NCBI GenBank assembly: GCA_023255955.1
Contig: JAGDWD010000008.1
Coordinates: forward strand, 128,845-192,844
From: Desulfurococcales archaeon
Lineage (GTDB): Archaea > Thermoproteota > Thermoprotei_A > Sulfolobales > NBVN01
DNA length: 64,000 nucleotides
Direction of reading: 5' to 3'
The notes below the pieces were generated by a model. That model was given only the letters and a program-made list of their open reading frames with translations, did no database searches and was not told the origin of the DNA. Position 1 is the stretch's first letter, and every line of letters starts with the position of its first letter. Both the position numbers and the translations under genes were made by a program. This document shows, one piece after another, positions 17,209 to 27,485 of this stretch.

Positions 17209-18243
17209 CTAGGTACCTAGCTCAGGCAGGATTAAGTTTACCAGCCTTTTCTTCGGTCTCCTGGTTGTCACTTCCTCAGCTATGGCGTGGGCTATCAGGG
17301 GTAGGGCTATAGTCGCATCTACGTGTACCATCACCTTCATACCTGTCGGAGATGTCTTACCCCAGCTTACTGCCTCCTCGAGTGTCGCTCCTGAGAGACC
17401 GCCCCACTGTGGTAGGTCCGTCGTTATCTGCACAGCTAGTTTATGTGGTTTGTAGAAGTCGTGGATGCCTCTCTTTTCTGCGATGATTGTCTGGGCTACT
17501 GTGATGAGGTTTATGGTGTCCTTTGGGACGCCTCCACCTATGTATATAACTGCTGTCTCCTCTGAGTGCTCCCCTATCTTAACCAGCTGGTTAAAGTCTT
17601 TGACCATGTCGATTACGAGTCTCTTCCCATCTCTGAGTGCCATAATTGAGGCAATACCGTACGCGGAGTCTACAAGTGCTGGTGAGAACACGGGAACCCC
17701 GGATCTGTAGGCTGCTGTAACTATAGCGTCAATATTCTTCTCGTCGAGGAACTTCCCGAAGAGGTAGAGAAACTCTGCTGTTGAGTAGATCCCGCTTGGG
17801 AGGGTCTTTATGAAGTCAGCTATCATGCCCTCCATGACCCTATAGTCAAGCTCTGAGACATAGACATCGTAGAAGCGGTCGATCTTATGCTTCAGGAGGT
17901 CGTAGTCGTCTACGTAAGGAGACCCCATATAGTAGCTGAATCCCATCGCCTCGATTATGTCCTCCGAGATGTTAGCTCCTGTGGAGACAAGTACGTCGAT
18001 GAAGCCCTCATCTACGAGCCAGCGGATAATTCTCCACATACCTGCTACTGCCATGGACCCAGCTAGTCCCATAAATATGGTTACCTTCTGGTCCTCAAAC
18101 ATCTTGAGTAACGTCTCGTAGACCTCCCCCAGCTTCCTACCCTGATAAGCTGTCTTGGCCATAGAGTGCAGTAGCTCACTTATCTTCCTAGGCTTTACCT
18201 CAATGGTCTCGAGCTTATCCTTGAGGTAGGGGTTGCTACCCAT
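17209..18243 (-). CDS. dys: Deoxyhypusine synthase
   Basis: The 344-aa protein shows the DHS family pattern (...STGANISEDIIEA..., IYIGGGVPKD, WGGLSGATLEEAVSWGK). Confidence 0.9.
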   Translation of the reverse strand: MGSNPYLKDKLETIEVKPRKISELLHSMAKTAYQGRKLGEVYETLLKMFEDQKVTIFMGLAGSMAVAGMWRIIRWLVDEGFIDVLVSTGANISEDIIEAMGFSYYMGSPYVDDYDLLKHKIDRFYDVYVSELDYRVMEGMIADFIKTLPSGIYSTAEFLYLFGKFLDEKNIDAIVTAAYRSGVPVFSPALVDSAYGIASIMALRDGKRLVIDMVKDFNQLVKIGEHSEETAVIYIGGGVPKDTINLITVAQTIIAEKRGIHDFYKPHKLAVQITTDLPQWGGLSGATLEEAVSWGKTSPTGMKVMVHVDATIALPLIAHAIAEEVTTRRPKKRLVNLILPELGT

Positions 18244-18316
18244 TCTCCTTCATCGAGTGTTGCAGGATTCAGTAGGGTATTTATGCTTATCATACCATTA
18301 ATTACGGTGACACCCC

Positions 18317-18847
18317 TTGAGTTGCAGAACCGAGGATCTACTCGAGTTCCTACTAACTAGGCGGAGTATAAGGCAGTTCAAGCCGGATCCAGTTCCCGAC
18401 GAGATATTACTCAAGGTTTTGGACCTATCTAGGTACGCCCCAAGTGCTGGCAATAGACAACCATGGGTTTTCATAGTAGTGAAAGATATTGAGGTTAAGA
18501 AGAAGCTGGCAGAGATCCATAGGGGTGCTACCCCGCTTCTAGGAGCACCAGTAGGTGTGGTCGTCGCATGTGATAAGAATGCTTCCCCAGTATCCTATCA
18601 GGTAGATTGTGCTAATGCTACTATGTACATGCTATTAGCAGCTCACGCTTTCGGCTTAGGTGCGGTGTGGTTGCAGGCCTTGAGGAACGTGGAGGACATC
18701 CAGAAACTTCTGGGTCTACCGGAGAGTCTCATACCTGTAGCTATAGTAGCTCTAGGCTTCCCCGCAGAGAAGCCTCAGGCGAGACCTAGGAAGCCCTTAG
18801 AGGATGTAACATATATAGATAGATACGGCAATAAACTCCCTACCTAA
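18317..18847 (+). CDS. Nitroreductase-family flavoprotein
   Basis: It has RRSIRQF..PSAGNRQPW...GLGAVW, the typical nitroreductase fold signature. Confidence 0.8.
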   Translation: MSCRTEDLLEFLLTRRSIRQFKPDPVPDEILLKVLDLSRYAPSAGNRQPWVFIVVKDIEVKKKLAEIHRGATPLLGAPVGVVVACDKNASPVSYQVDCANATMYMLLAAHAFGLGAVWLQALRNVEDIQKLLGLPESLIPVAIVALGFPAEKPQARPRKPLEDVTYIDRYGNKLPT

Positions 18848-18863
18848 AAACTAATCATTTACT

Positions 18864-19193
18864 TTAACTTTTTACAGCTCTCTCTATGTTCTCTATCGAT
18901 GTCCTAAGATCGTTCTCCTTACTTATATTACCCATAGAGTCTAGCATAGGCTTTGTAAGGACCTTGACTATGGCCCCCGTCTCCAGCTCAGCTAGGAGCT
19001 GAGGTACCCAGGCCATACCGTACTCGTCAGTATCCCCGTGCTCTATCAGGAAGAGGTAGTCCTCCATCCTAACCTCGAGAGGTACACTATACTTCCTACT
19101 TAACTCCTCAGCTAGCTCCTTGAAGTACTTATGTAGCGGGTGGTGGTCAGCAGTTACCAGGATCAGCTTCTTCAGGCCGGCCATCTCAGACAC
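18864..19193 (-). CDS. Hypothetical protein (109 aa)
   Basis: This is an ORF only. Confidence 0.4.
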   Translation of the reverse strand: MSEMAGLKKLILVTADHHPLHKYFKELAEELSRKYSVPLEVRMEDYLFLIEHGDTDEYGMAWVPQLLAELETGAIVKVLTKPMLDSMGNISKENDLRTSIENIERAVKS

Positions 19194-19319
19194 ATTACTT
19201 ACTTGATACCCAGCAAAATATATCCACGCCCGTAAAGAGATCCGACCTCCTCACTCTAAAATGGGTGAGGCCTCCAGTAGGTAGGGACCCTGCCTATAGC
19301 CCTCCACAACTAGCTAGAA

Positions 19320-19997
19320 CTATATCTGACGACCTATAGCTCGTAAACACTCCTTAGCCGCTTCTCTAGGGTCTGGGGCCCTAGTTATAGCACCTCCAAC
19401 AACAAGTATCTGCGCACCGGCATCTAGGAGGGGCGGTATATCGGTAGGCTTGATGCCCCCACTAACAGATAGTACAATCTGGGGGAATTCCGAGGCTACC
19501 TTCCTCACTAGGTCGCGGATACTCGCAGCTGTAACTCCTCGAGCTCTTTGGACGTCTATCCCTATATGAATATTTACTGCTCTGACGCCCAGATCCAGCA
19601 ACTCGGAAATTCTTCCGAGTATATCTCCCCGGAAGCTAATGAAGTCCACCACGACATCACCTCCCAGTTCCCCAGCTACCTTTAGAGCAGCCTCTACTAC
19701 AGGGTCGTCAGCTTCTGCCAGTAACGTCATGAAGTCAGCGCCAGCTCTAAACATGATCTCAGCTTCTAGGCCCCCAACATCAACTGTTTTAGTATCTGCT
19801 AGAACTGGTGTGCTAGCCACCACTGACTTAACTGCGGTTACGGCTTTAACTCCCTCTGACTTAATTAAGGGGGTTCCTACCTCTACTATACCTATATCAA
19901 GATCTGATATCTTGGAGAGTAATCCGAGGGCATCATTAAGTGATGTGAAGTCAAGTGCGACCTGAAGTGTCGGGAGCTTCAGGTCACGTACCTTCAT
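19320..19997 (-). CDS. 3-hexulose-6-phosphate synthase-like (OMP decarboxylase superfamily)
   Basis: It has LQVALDF, VEVGTPLIKSEG, ADTKTVDVG and a C-terminal GGAITRA, matching the HPS/KGPDC pattern. Confidence 0.7.
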   Translation of the reverse strand: MKVRDLKLPTLQVALDFTSLNDALGLLSKISDLDIGIVEVGTPLIKSEGVKAVTAVKSVVASTPVLADTKTVDVGGLEAEIMFRAGADFMTLLAEADDPVVEAALKVAGELGGDVVVDFISFRGDILGRISELLDLGVRAVNIHIGIDVQRARGVTAASIRDLVRKVASEFPQIVLSVSGGIKPTDIPPLLDAGAQILVVGGAITRAPDPREAAKECLRAIGRQI

Positions 19998-20039
19998 CTA
20001 AAAACACTGATTAGCTTTTCTCAGCTAGATCCCGCAGTG

Positions 20040-20336
20040 TTAGTCCTTCCTAGATATTATTATCTCGATTGTGGATACTCTAGACTGCCTCCCGTCGCTG
20101 GTAGTTAGTACCTGGCTTCCGATCCTTATGTCCTTAATAGCTACCTTGTCGGGTAGGAACCTGCTCCTCACGATCTCGACAGCGTCTACGGCCTTGCTTA
20201 TAGCTCTCCCTCTAGCCTTTATCACTATCTCTGGAACTCCTTGGTGTAGCAGGGTTAGGGTAGCCATTACGTAGTTCATTACTGGCTTCTTACCTACTAG
20301 GACGACATTTGTAGCTGCGGGTGTTGGGCCACTCAT
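20040..20336 (-). CDS. albA: Chromatin protein Alba
   Basis: [43 protein letters not shown]... is the canonical Alba sequence. Confidence 0.9.
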   Translation of the reverse strand: MSGPTPAATNVVLVGKKPVMNYVMATLTLLHQGVPEIVIKARGRAISKAVDAVEIVRSRFLPDKVAIKDIRIGSQVLTTSDGRQSRVSTIEIIISRKD

Positions 20337-20473
20337 TTTCTACCACCTAGTTGTTGTCATATGGTTAAACATACATGCCTATATAAGCTTTTCTAAGACC
20401 TCACAATTAGCTATCTGCTTGTGGGCTATGTGGTTATCTGCTTTAAAGTCAGGCCTCCCCTAGATCGTTTTCG

Positions 20474-20812
20474 GTGCCTGGACTGGACTACGCAGTAGTA
20501 GTAGCCCTAATATCGCTGATCCTCGTCACGGTCTTAGTTGGTTTAGATAGGTTATTGTCGTTCAGGCTCCTCAGTTTCTCTAGGAGATTTAGGAAGGCGT
20601 CGAACCTTTATAGTGGGGGTGGAGTGGTATCGGACTTACTATCCAGGAGTGTTGTTAGGAAAGTGAAGGTGAGTAAGGTGGGTGAGTACCTTATAATAAC
20701 CCTAGTACTTAGGACTGCCGTAGAGTCTGGTAATGAGGTCGAGATCGAGGAACCTCTCGTCATGCTGTCCGACGGTGACATCGTTTCGAAGAATAACGCT
20801 AGCGAGATCTAA
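20474..20812 (+). CDS. Hypothetical small protein with an N-terminal TM helix
   Basis: This is an ORF only, with a GTG start. Confidence 0.3.
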   Translation: MPGLDYAVVVALISLILVTVLVGLDRLLSFRLLSFSRRFRKASNLYSGGGVVSDLLSRSVVRKVKVSKVGEYLIITLVLRTAVESGNEVEIEEPLVMLSDGDIVSKNNASEI

Positions 20813-20857
20813 ACGTTTTTAATTCTGTGGAGAACCATAGATAGAGCGGTATAGCTA

Positions 20858-22504
20858 TTGGAGGGTCTGGAAGTACGTATCTGCCGCTGGCTCTCAGATG
20901 AGGAGTTTGAAGAACTCCTCAAGGTCGCTGACTACGTTGGGAGGGATGGTAAGTGCTCGGTATTCCACGTCAGTAAGAGTAAGGTGATGAAGTCTCTAGC
21001 GGATGTCGATGACCTACTGTCCCTCCTGAGGGATCTGGGAGCAGAATTCGATGAGGACACCATTAAGAGTGAGCTCTTCAGATTTGAGAGGGTAGCTACC
21101 CTGACGTACTGTCCTAACTATATCTGCGTAGAGTTCAGCTTCTTTCTCGGGGATAGATTTAGGGACGTTCTAGCACCATTTAAGCTGAGGTATAACCGTG
21201 AGATGAAGAAGTTCTTACTTTACCCGTACTACTACACTAGTTTCATCGACACACTGAGGAAACACGGGATCAGAGTCGTGGATATGACCAGGTTTATGGA
21301 GCGGGTGGATCTAGGGATTCAAGCATCACTGAAGCTGACCCTCAGGGATTACCAGAGGGAGGCTATAGAGAGGTGGGTTAAGAACGGTTATAGGGGGGTT
21401 GTAGCACTCCCAACAGGGTCTGGGAAGACTCTAGTCGGTGTAGCAGCCGTAGTTGAGACACGTGAGAGAGCTCTCATAGTAGTACTGACTAAGGACCATG
21501 TTAGGCAGTGGTACGAGGAGATAGTGAGGACCACTGACATACCCCCAGAGCTCATCGGTTTTTACTACTCAGAAGAGAAGAGGGTGGCACCAATAACTAT
21601 AACTACCTACCAGTCTGCCTCTAAGTACATATCTAAGCTAGCACCACACTTCGGACTCCTAATAATTGATGAAGTCCATCACCTACCAGCAGAGAAGTTT
21701 AAGACTGTGGCACTCGGTTCTCCAGCCCCGAAGAGGCTGGGACTCTCCGCGACTCCTTATAGGGAGGATGGTAAGCACGTAGAGCTATTTCCGTTAATGG
21801 GTGGTGTAGTCTACCATAAATCCCCGGCAGAGCTAGCAGAGGAGGGTTACCTAGCTCAGTACGAGGTCATTACGATTAGGGTAGGTCTCAAGCCTGATGA
21901 GAGGAAGAAGTATCTGGAGCTTAAAAAGAGGTATAGAGCCCTCGTTGGTGTAGCTAGGTTTGAGGATGTGTTGGGTGCTGCTAGGAGGGGTGATAGTAGA
22001 GCTCTCGAAGCTCTCAAAATCGCTACGGAGATGAGGAAGATAGTGCAAATGAGTAAGTCGAAGGTGGAGAAGGTTAAGGAGATAGTCGAGAGGGAGAAGG
22101 GGTCGAAAATAATAGTTTTCGCACACTATGTGGACCTAGCTAAGGAGATAGCTCAGGAAGTTGGTGGTTTACTTCTCACGGGTGAGGTCGATAACGCTGA
22201 GAGGGAGAAGATCCTCAGAGTCTTTAGGGAGAGTAAGGAAGGTGTCCTCGTTGTGACAACGGTGGGGGATGAGGGGCTGAACATACCTGATGCTTCTGTG
22301 GGCATATTAGTAGCTGGTACCTCCTCACCTAGGCAGTTCATTCAGAGACTTGGGAGGCTTCTAAGGCCGGTGCCTGGTAAGGTCGCTAAGCTATATGAGA
22401 TCATAACTAAGGGCACCGCAGAGGAGATACACGCTAAGAAAAGGAAGGACGTATCTGTTATCAGTGACTTGGAGGTAGACGTAGACTCCGAAAAACCCCG
22501 GTAA
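20858..22504 (+). CDS. xpb: XPB/Rad25-type SF2 DNA helicase
   Basis: It has motif I ALPTGSGKT, motif II LIIDEVHH, an N-terminal damage-recognition-like domain and RED-like/thumb regions. There is no adjacent Bax1-like gene. Confidence 0.85.
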   Translation: MEGLEVRICRWLSDEEFEELLKVADYVGRDGKCSVFHVSKSKVMKSLADVDDLLSLLRDLGAEFDEDTIKSELFRFERVATLTYCPNYICVEFSFFLGDRFRDVLAPFKLRYNREMKKFLLYPYYYTSFIDTLRKHGIRVVDMTRFMERVDLGIQASLKLTLRDYQREAIERWVKNGYRGVVALPTGSGKTLVGVAAVVETRERALIVVLTKDHVRQWYEEIVRTTDIPPELIGFYYSEEKRVAPITITTYQSASKYISKLAPHFGLLIIDEVHHLPAEKFKTVALGSPAPKRLGLSATPYREDGKHVELFPLMGGVVYHKSPAELAEEGYLAQYEVITIRVGLKPDERKKYLELKKRYRALVGVARFEDVLGAARRGDSRALEALKIATEMRKIVQMSKSKVEKVKEIVEREKGSKIIVFAHYVDLAKEIAQEVGGLLLTGEVDNAEREKILRVFRESKEGVLVVTTVGDEGLNIPDASVGILVAGTSSPRQFIQRLGRLLRPVPGKVAKLYEIITKGTAEEIHAKKRKDVSVISDLEVDVDSEKPR

Positions 22505-22529
22505 GTAGCTATCCTCAGGATATCCTGAT

Positions 22530-23399
22530 CTACTCCCTCAACGCGTCAGCTATCTTCTGAGCATCCTCCTCTAGGTTCGGTGACTCACATATTACTACCC
22601 CCTCCACCTTAAACTCCTTGATAGCCTCGACAGCGGCTCTCCAGTTGAAGCTCGACTCATCAAAGTTTAGGTGTAACTTCTCACCCCTCTCGCCATAGTC
22701 TATCCCGGATAGGTGGATATGGGAGTTCCTAACTGCCTCGGTTCCCAGCCTCCTCTCTATTTCTGCGAGTACCTCCCTAAACCCTTCCACGGTGTTTATC
22801 TTACCTAAGCTCCTCGCGTAGAGGTGTGCGAAGTCTATTGCGGGGAGAGCCATGTCTATGCCCTCAACTATAGCTATCACCTCATCTAAGGAACCTACCT
22901 CTGCGAGACCCCCCATAGTCTCAGGTCTTACCCAGATCTTTAACCCCATATCCGTCACAACCTTAACTACGTGCTTAACAGCTTCCCTAACAATCCTAAT
23001 AGCCTCGTCTGAGCTGTACTTTCCGTAGTATCCCGGATGGAAAACCACTGACCAGGCGCCCGCTATGTACGCTATCTTCGCAGACTCCACTATCCTCTCC
23101 ACGGAGGCCTTCCTCACGTCAGCCTTATCTGAGAGTAGGTTTATGTAGTAAGGTGCATGAGCTGTTAGAACGACTCCCAACTCCTTAGATAGCTCCCTAG
23201 CTTTAGACGCGGCCTCAGCACTGAGGTTTATACCTCTAACAAACTCTAACTCCATGGCGTTGAGACCTAACTCAGCAATCCTTCTTATACCGTCCAGAGT
23301 ATTCCTACGCTTAGCTGAGTTAGGGATTCCAGCAGTACCTACATAAACTCCCCTAAGACTCAAAGCCCGACCCAAGATAGACTCGCCAGGAAATAACAT
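22530..23399 (-). CDS. nfo: Endonuclease IV (AP endonuclease family 2)
   Basis: The metal-ligand blocks are HAPYYINL, VVFHPG, RPETMG, IDFAHLYA and HIHLSG. Confidence 0.8.
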   Translation of the reverse strand: MLFPGESILGRALSLRGVYVGTAGIPNSAKRRNTLDGIRRIAELGLNAMELEFVRGINLSAEAASKARELSKELGVVLTAHAPYYINLLSDKADVRKASVERIVESAKIAYIAGAWSVVFHPGYYGKYSSDEAIRIVREAVKHVVKVVTDMGLKIWVRPETMGGLAEVGSLDEVIAIVEGIDMALPAIDFAHLYARSLGKINTVEGFREVLAEIERRLGTEAVRNSHIHLSGIDYGERGEKLHLNFDESSFNWRAAVEAIKEFKVEGVVICESPNLEEDAQKIADALRE

Positions 23400-23538
23400 A
23401 AAAGCTGTGCTTCAGCATGCCTCAAACAGAAACCAACCCTACCTTCAATGGGTTGTCACAGAGCCCTCATAGGCTTGCTGGCCATGACTTTATTAGTGCT
23501 TTTAAGCCTTTCCTCCCACTAATTCGGGGTGCTGGCTG

Positions 23539-23865
23539 TTGCCCGTCGTAGAGGTTGGTAGGATCTGCGTTAAATTGACTGGGAGGGAGGCCGGTAGGAA
23601 GGCTGTGATAGTGGATATAGTAGACGATAACTTTGTTGTGATAACCGGCCCTAAGGACCTGACAGGTGTTAAGAGGAGGAGGTCTAATGTAAAGCACCTG
23701 GAGATCTTAGATAAGAAGGTTGAGATACCTAAGGGAGCGAGTGATGAGGAGGTCATGAAGGCGTTGGAGGCTGCCGGACTCGTAGACTTCATGAGGGAGA
23801 GGGTTAAGATAGGGAAAAAAGAGATCCTCGCAGTAGTAGCTCTAGCTACTAAGCAACAGAGTTAG
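23539..23865 (+). CDS. rpl14e: Ribosomal protein L14e
   Basis: The N-terminal KOW-like sequence is VEVGRICVKLTGREAGRKAVIVDIVDDNFVVITGP. The start is TTG. Confidence 0.85.
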   Translation: MPVVEVGRICVKLTGREAGRKAVIVDIVDDNFVVITGPKDLTGVKRRRSNVKHLEILDKKVEIPKGASDEEVMKALEAAGLVDFMRERVKIGKKEILAVVALATKQQS

Positions 23866-23908
23866 GAACTGTATTTCTTAGTCAGTTGAAGACCCTTCTC
23901 TTTAAGGT

Positions 23909-24228
23909 TTGAGGAGGCTGCATGCTTTTCTGCGAGCTAAATACTTTGCGGGTACTAGAAGATCTTGGTGTGGTAGTGTGAGTGAGGGAGTTAAGTTCCT
24001 CATTGAGCTAGATAGGTTTGCCGGCATTGAGAGGAGGTATGTAGTGAAGAAGGAGGGCAGTACCGACCCAAGCTTCGGTAAGCCTCCTACTGCGAGAACT
24101 ATTGAGGAGCTTCTTAAATATGGGGTGATAAACCTAGATAAACCCCCTGGACCTACCAGCCACGAGGTAGTTGCGTGGGTAAAGAACCTCCTAGGGATTC
24201 CGAAAGCTGGGCACGGGGGTACCCTAGA
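23909..24228 (+). CDS. cbf5: tRNA/rRNA pseudouridine synthase Cbf5, exon 1 (ends ...KAGHGGTL + GA)
   Basis: The translation reads GVINLDKPPGPTSHEVVAWVKNLLGIPKAGHGGTL, then hits a stop 3 codons later unless spliced. The true start may be the internal GTG (VSEGVKF...). Confidence 0.85.
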
Positions 24229-24275
24229 GCAGCCTTAGTAGCTACCCAACCTAAGCTACTAAGGCTGCGGGGATA
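24229..24275 (+). other. 47-nt mRNA intron in cbf5 (archaeal BHB-type)
   Basis: The intron core is a perfect 15-bp hairpin (gcagccttagtagct / agctactaaggctgc, 10-nt loop). Removal joins GA+C to give GHGGTL-DPKVSGVLPV and restores the frame (47 is not a multiple of 3). The junction could equally be 24228-24274. Confidence 0.8.
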
Positions 24276-25047
24276 CCCTAAGGTCTCCGGTGTACTACCT
24301 GTAGCTCTAGATAGAGCTACTAAGTTGATAGGGGTTATATCACACTCTAGTAAGGAGTACGTAGCCCTAGCACAGCTTCACTCACCTGTCCCTAGGGAGA
24401 GGCTTGAGGAGGTTGTGAAGGAGTTTACTGGTAGGATATATCAGAAGCCTCCAGTTAGGTCATCCGTTAAGAGGGTTCTGAGGATTAAGGAGGTCTATAA
24501 AATAGAGATACTTGAATATGAGGGTACATTCGCATTAATGAGGGTGGACTGCCAGCACGGGACGTACGTTAGGAAGCTTATTCACGATATCGGTGAGGTA
24601 CTCGGTGTCGGTGCTCATATGCGGGAACTGAGGAGGATTAGAACTGGGCCGTTCAGGGAGGATACCTCAATTAGGATGCACGAGCTTTCCGAGGCTGTCT
24701 ATCTGTATAGGGAGGAGGGTAGGGAGGATATGTTGAGGAGAGCCATACTACCGCAGGAATACATAGTCTCACACCTTCCGAAGGTCGTTGTATTCGACGG
24801 TGCTGCGGCAGCGATAACCTACGGGGCTGATCTCGCGGTCCCGGGTATATCACTACTATCTGAGGGTATAAGGAGGGGTGAGCTAGTTGCTGTATTCACA
24901 TTGAAGGGTGAGCTCGTAGCTCTTGCTGAAGCTCTTATGAGTACTGAGGAAATACTAGCTAGCTCTAAGGGTATGGCCTTCAAAACTAAGCGCGTAATCT
25001 TAGAGAGGGGTGTCTACCCTAAAACATGGAAGAAAAAGGAGGCTTAG
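24276..25047 (+). CDS. cbf5: Cbf5, exon 2 (DPKVSGVLPV... TruB catalytic core plus PUA domain)
   Basis: The frame of track ORF 24175..25047 reads (D)PKVSGVLPVALDRATKLIG...YVRKLIHDIG... with a C-terminal PUA domain. Confidence 0.85.
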
Positions 25048-25061
25048 GTTTCTACTAGATA

Positions 25062-25757
25062 CTAGACTCCCGCAGCTCTCTTGAGGAACGACCTAGCTAG
25101 CTCTGCGTGCTCGGGAGATCCTTCTTTATGGCATAGCCACCAGTCGTAGCATGTGTACTGCTTCATTCTCTCAGCAGCTTCATCGACAGTTCTCGCAGGC
25201 GGGACTATTATCCTGTCACCTACTATTTCGTTGTTAGGCCAGTTAGCTGGTATAGCTCCCTTCATTTTCTCGCTTACTTGGAGGGCTACTATCATCCTCA
25301 GTATCTCGTCGATGTTCCTACCAAGCTCCTGCGGGTAGTAGAGTATAGCTCTTATAATTCCGTTGGGATCCACTATGAATACTGCTCTAACAGTATGTGT
25401 AGCACTTTGGGCATGTAGGAAGCCCAGCTTCTTAGCTACTTCGGCCCCGGGATCCGCTATCACAGGGAACGGAATCTTAACTCCCAGGTTCTTCTCTATC
25501 CACTCAACCCACTTTATGTGGCTGTAGGTACTGTCAACACTATGTCCTAGGAGCTCGGTGTTCAGCTTCTTGAAGTCCTCGTACCTCTTCGCGAACGCTA
25601 CGAACTCGGTGGTGCAGACTGGTGTGAAGTCTGCTGGGTGGCTGAACAACACCAACCACTTACCTAGGTAGTCATCAGGGAGTTTCCTAACTCCATGGGT
25701 TGTTACGACAGTCATCTCGGGGAACTTCTCACCTATGAGGGGCATCTGACCAGGCAT
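25062..25757 (-). CDS. Peroxiredoxin (Prx6/1-Cys-like archaeal type)
   Basis: It has the [14 protein letters not shown] active site and a length of 231 aa. Confidence 0.9.
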   Translation of the reverse strand: MPGQMPLIGEKFPEMTVVTTHGVRKLPDDYLGKWLVLFSHPADFTPVCTTEFVAFAKRYEDFKKLNTELLGHSVDSTYSHIKWVEWIEKNLGVKIPFPVIADPGAEVAKKLGFLHAQSATHTVRAVFIVDPNGIIRAILYYPQELGRNIDEILRMIVALQVSEKMKGAIPANWPNNEIVGDRIIVPPARTVDEAAERMKQYTCYDWWLCHKEGSPEHAELARSFLKRAAGV

Positions 25758-25828
25758 GTTTCCACCACTCTACTTTCTAAACTTGGATTTATATATTTTT
25801 TCTTCGATTTATTTGAAGATACGATTTA

Positions 25829-26512
25829 TCAGTTAGTTTTTCTAACCTTTCTCTCCTCCACATACCTACCTCTCAACCGTATCTCAGAGACTTTATTGAT
25901 GACCTCACGAGTGAATTCCTCACCGACAACCTCCCTATAGCCTGAGATAAAGCACTTAAAGAGCTCCTCCCTGGCGGAATAGTGGGAGCTCTCCAACACC
26001 CTGATGAGGAGGTGTATATCGACTGCTACGTCCTCCACATCCTCAACATGTTTTGCTAGTCCTAGATCAACTATGTACACATCCCCGTCCCTTGCTAGTA
26101 TCATATTAGACGTCGTTACATCCCCATGTGCTATCCCAGCTCTATGCATCTTCCCGACCTCCCTACCAGCTGACACCATAGCTCTACACGCGACCTCCCA
26201 ATCCAGGTCTTTCAGAGCATCCCGGAGTACTAAACCCTCGATCTTCTCCATTACTATTAGACCGACTAGCGGGTCTACGAAGACTATCTTAGGAACCCTC
26301 ACACCTACCTCCTCGAGTAGTGTGAGGATCCTAGCTTCAGATATGGTCCTCCTAGAGATTATAGCTCTATCTAGTTCAGGAACTCTGTAGGGCTTGCTAA
26401 CCCTCTGCTTAAACACTACGCTACGGCCGAGGAACTCCCCCTCAGCTATGAGGGCTTCAGCACCTAGATATATTACCTTACTGACCCTACCAACACACGT
26501 CGACACTGTCAA
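25829..26512 (-). CDS. bud32: KEOPS kinase/ATPase Bud32
   Basis: It has GAEALI, the catalytic loop AHGDVTTSNMIL, and DLGLA. It overlaps the kae1 3' end by 26 nt. Confidence 0.85.
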   Translation of the reverse strand: MTVSTCVGRVSKVIYLGAEALIAEGEFLGRSVVFKQRVSKPYRVPELDRAIISRRTISEARILTLLEEVGVRVPKIVFVDPLVGLIVMEKIEGLVLRDALKDLDWEVACRAMVSAGREVGKMHRAGIAHGDVTTSNMILARDGDVYIVDLGLAKHVEDVEDVAVDIHLLIRVLESSHYSAREELFKCFISGYREVVGEEFTREVINKVSEIRLRGRYVEERKVRKTN

Positions 26513-27476
26513 GCCTCCACCTCTGCCTAACTACTGCTTTCTCAGGCTCCACACTCACACCCTTCTTAAATAGCTGGAGCCCTGTCCAGGCAATCATGAC
26601 ACCGTTATCTACAGCATACTTAGGTGGTACTACATAGATCCTCAAGTTCCTGTACTCAGCCATAGCCCTGAACTTCTCTACCAGGTATTTACTAGCAGCA
26701 ACACCACCAACGAGGAGTATCTCCTTCTTACCGAGCTGAGCTACACCCCTCTCAGCAACCTCGACAAGAGAGGAGTAAGCTATTTCCCTAGCACTAAAAC
26801 ATATGTCCTCCACTCTCACGCCACTCCTATAGGCCTTAAGTGCTGCTGTTAGAAGTCCGGAGTACGAGGTGTCCTGCCCTTTAACTACGTAGGGCAGGTC
26901 TACGAACTTACCTCCCTCCGAGCACCTATCTAGAGCGTGAACCCCGCCTACCACGTAGGGTGGTGCCAGCCCCAGCTCCCTGACTAAGGTATCCATGAAG
27001 TTCCCGAGAGCTATGTCGAGAGTTTCACCGAAGACTCTGTACCTACCCCCGTGGAGAGCTGTTATGACTGTGTTACCTCCGGATATGTAGACTACTAGCG
27101 GATCTCTAGCGCCTGTCAACATCTTCCCGATCTCTATGTGTGCTACAGCGTGGTTCACTGGGACAAGGGGCTTCCCGTAGTAAGCTGCTAGGGCCCTAGC
27201 TACGGTAGCTCCGACCCTGAGGCACGGCCCTAACCCAGGGCCGAGTGCTACAGCTACAGCGTCGACAGCCTCTATATCCAGGTTTGCCTGTGTTAGAGCC
27301 TCCTTGAGGACCTTAGGTGCGTTCTTTATGAAGTTGTCAGCAGCCTCCCTGGGGTGTATTCCCCCCTTCTCAGGTATGTAGTTAAACCTAGAGTCAGCCA
27401 GTATCCTAGGCTCGTCCGAGACTATGCCTACACCAAATGTGTGGGCTGTGGACTCCACACCGAGAACTATAACCAC
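26487..27476 (-). CDS. kae1: tRNA N6-threonylcarbamoyladenosine synthase Kae1
   Basis: It has the ASKHA fold, the metal motif VNHAVAHIE, and SGGNT...GVAAS. Confidence 0.9.
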   Translation of the reverse strand: MVIVLGVESTAHTFGVGIVSDEPRILADSRFNYIPEKGGIHPREAADNFIKNAPKVLKEALTQANLDIEAVDAVAVALGPGLGPCLRVGATVARALAAYYGKPLVPVNHAVAHIEIGKMLTGARDPLVVYISGGNTVITALHGGRYRVFGETLDIALGNFMDTLVRELGLAPPYVVGGVHALDRCSEGGKFVDLPYVVKGQDTSYSGLLTAALKAYRSGVRVEDICFSAREIAYSSLVEVAERGVAQLGKKEILLVGGVAASKYLVEKFRAMAEYRNLRIYVVPPKYAVDNGVMIAWTGLQLFKKGVSVEPEKAVVRQRWRLDSVDVCW

Positions 27477-27485
27477 TCAACCACC

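Noticed and set aside
23467-23792. Minus-strand ORFs 23467..23697 and 23502..23792, which overlap rpl14e.
   Set aside because: They are antisense to a clearly recognisable ribosomal protein gene and show no homology pattern.
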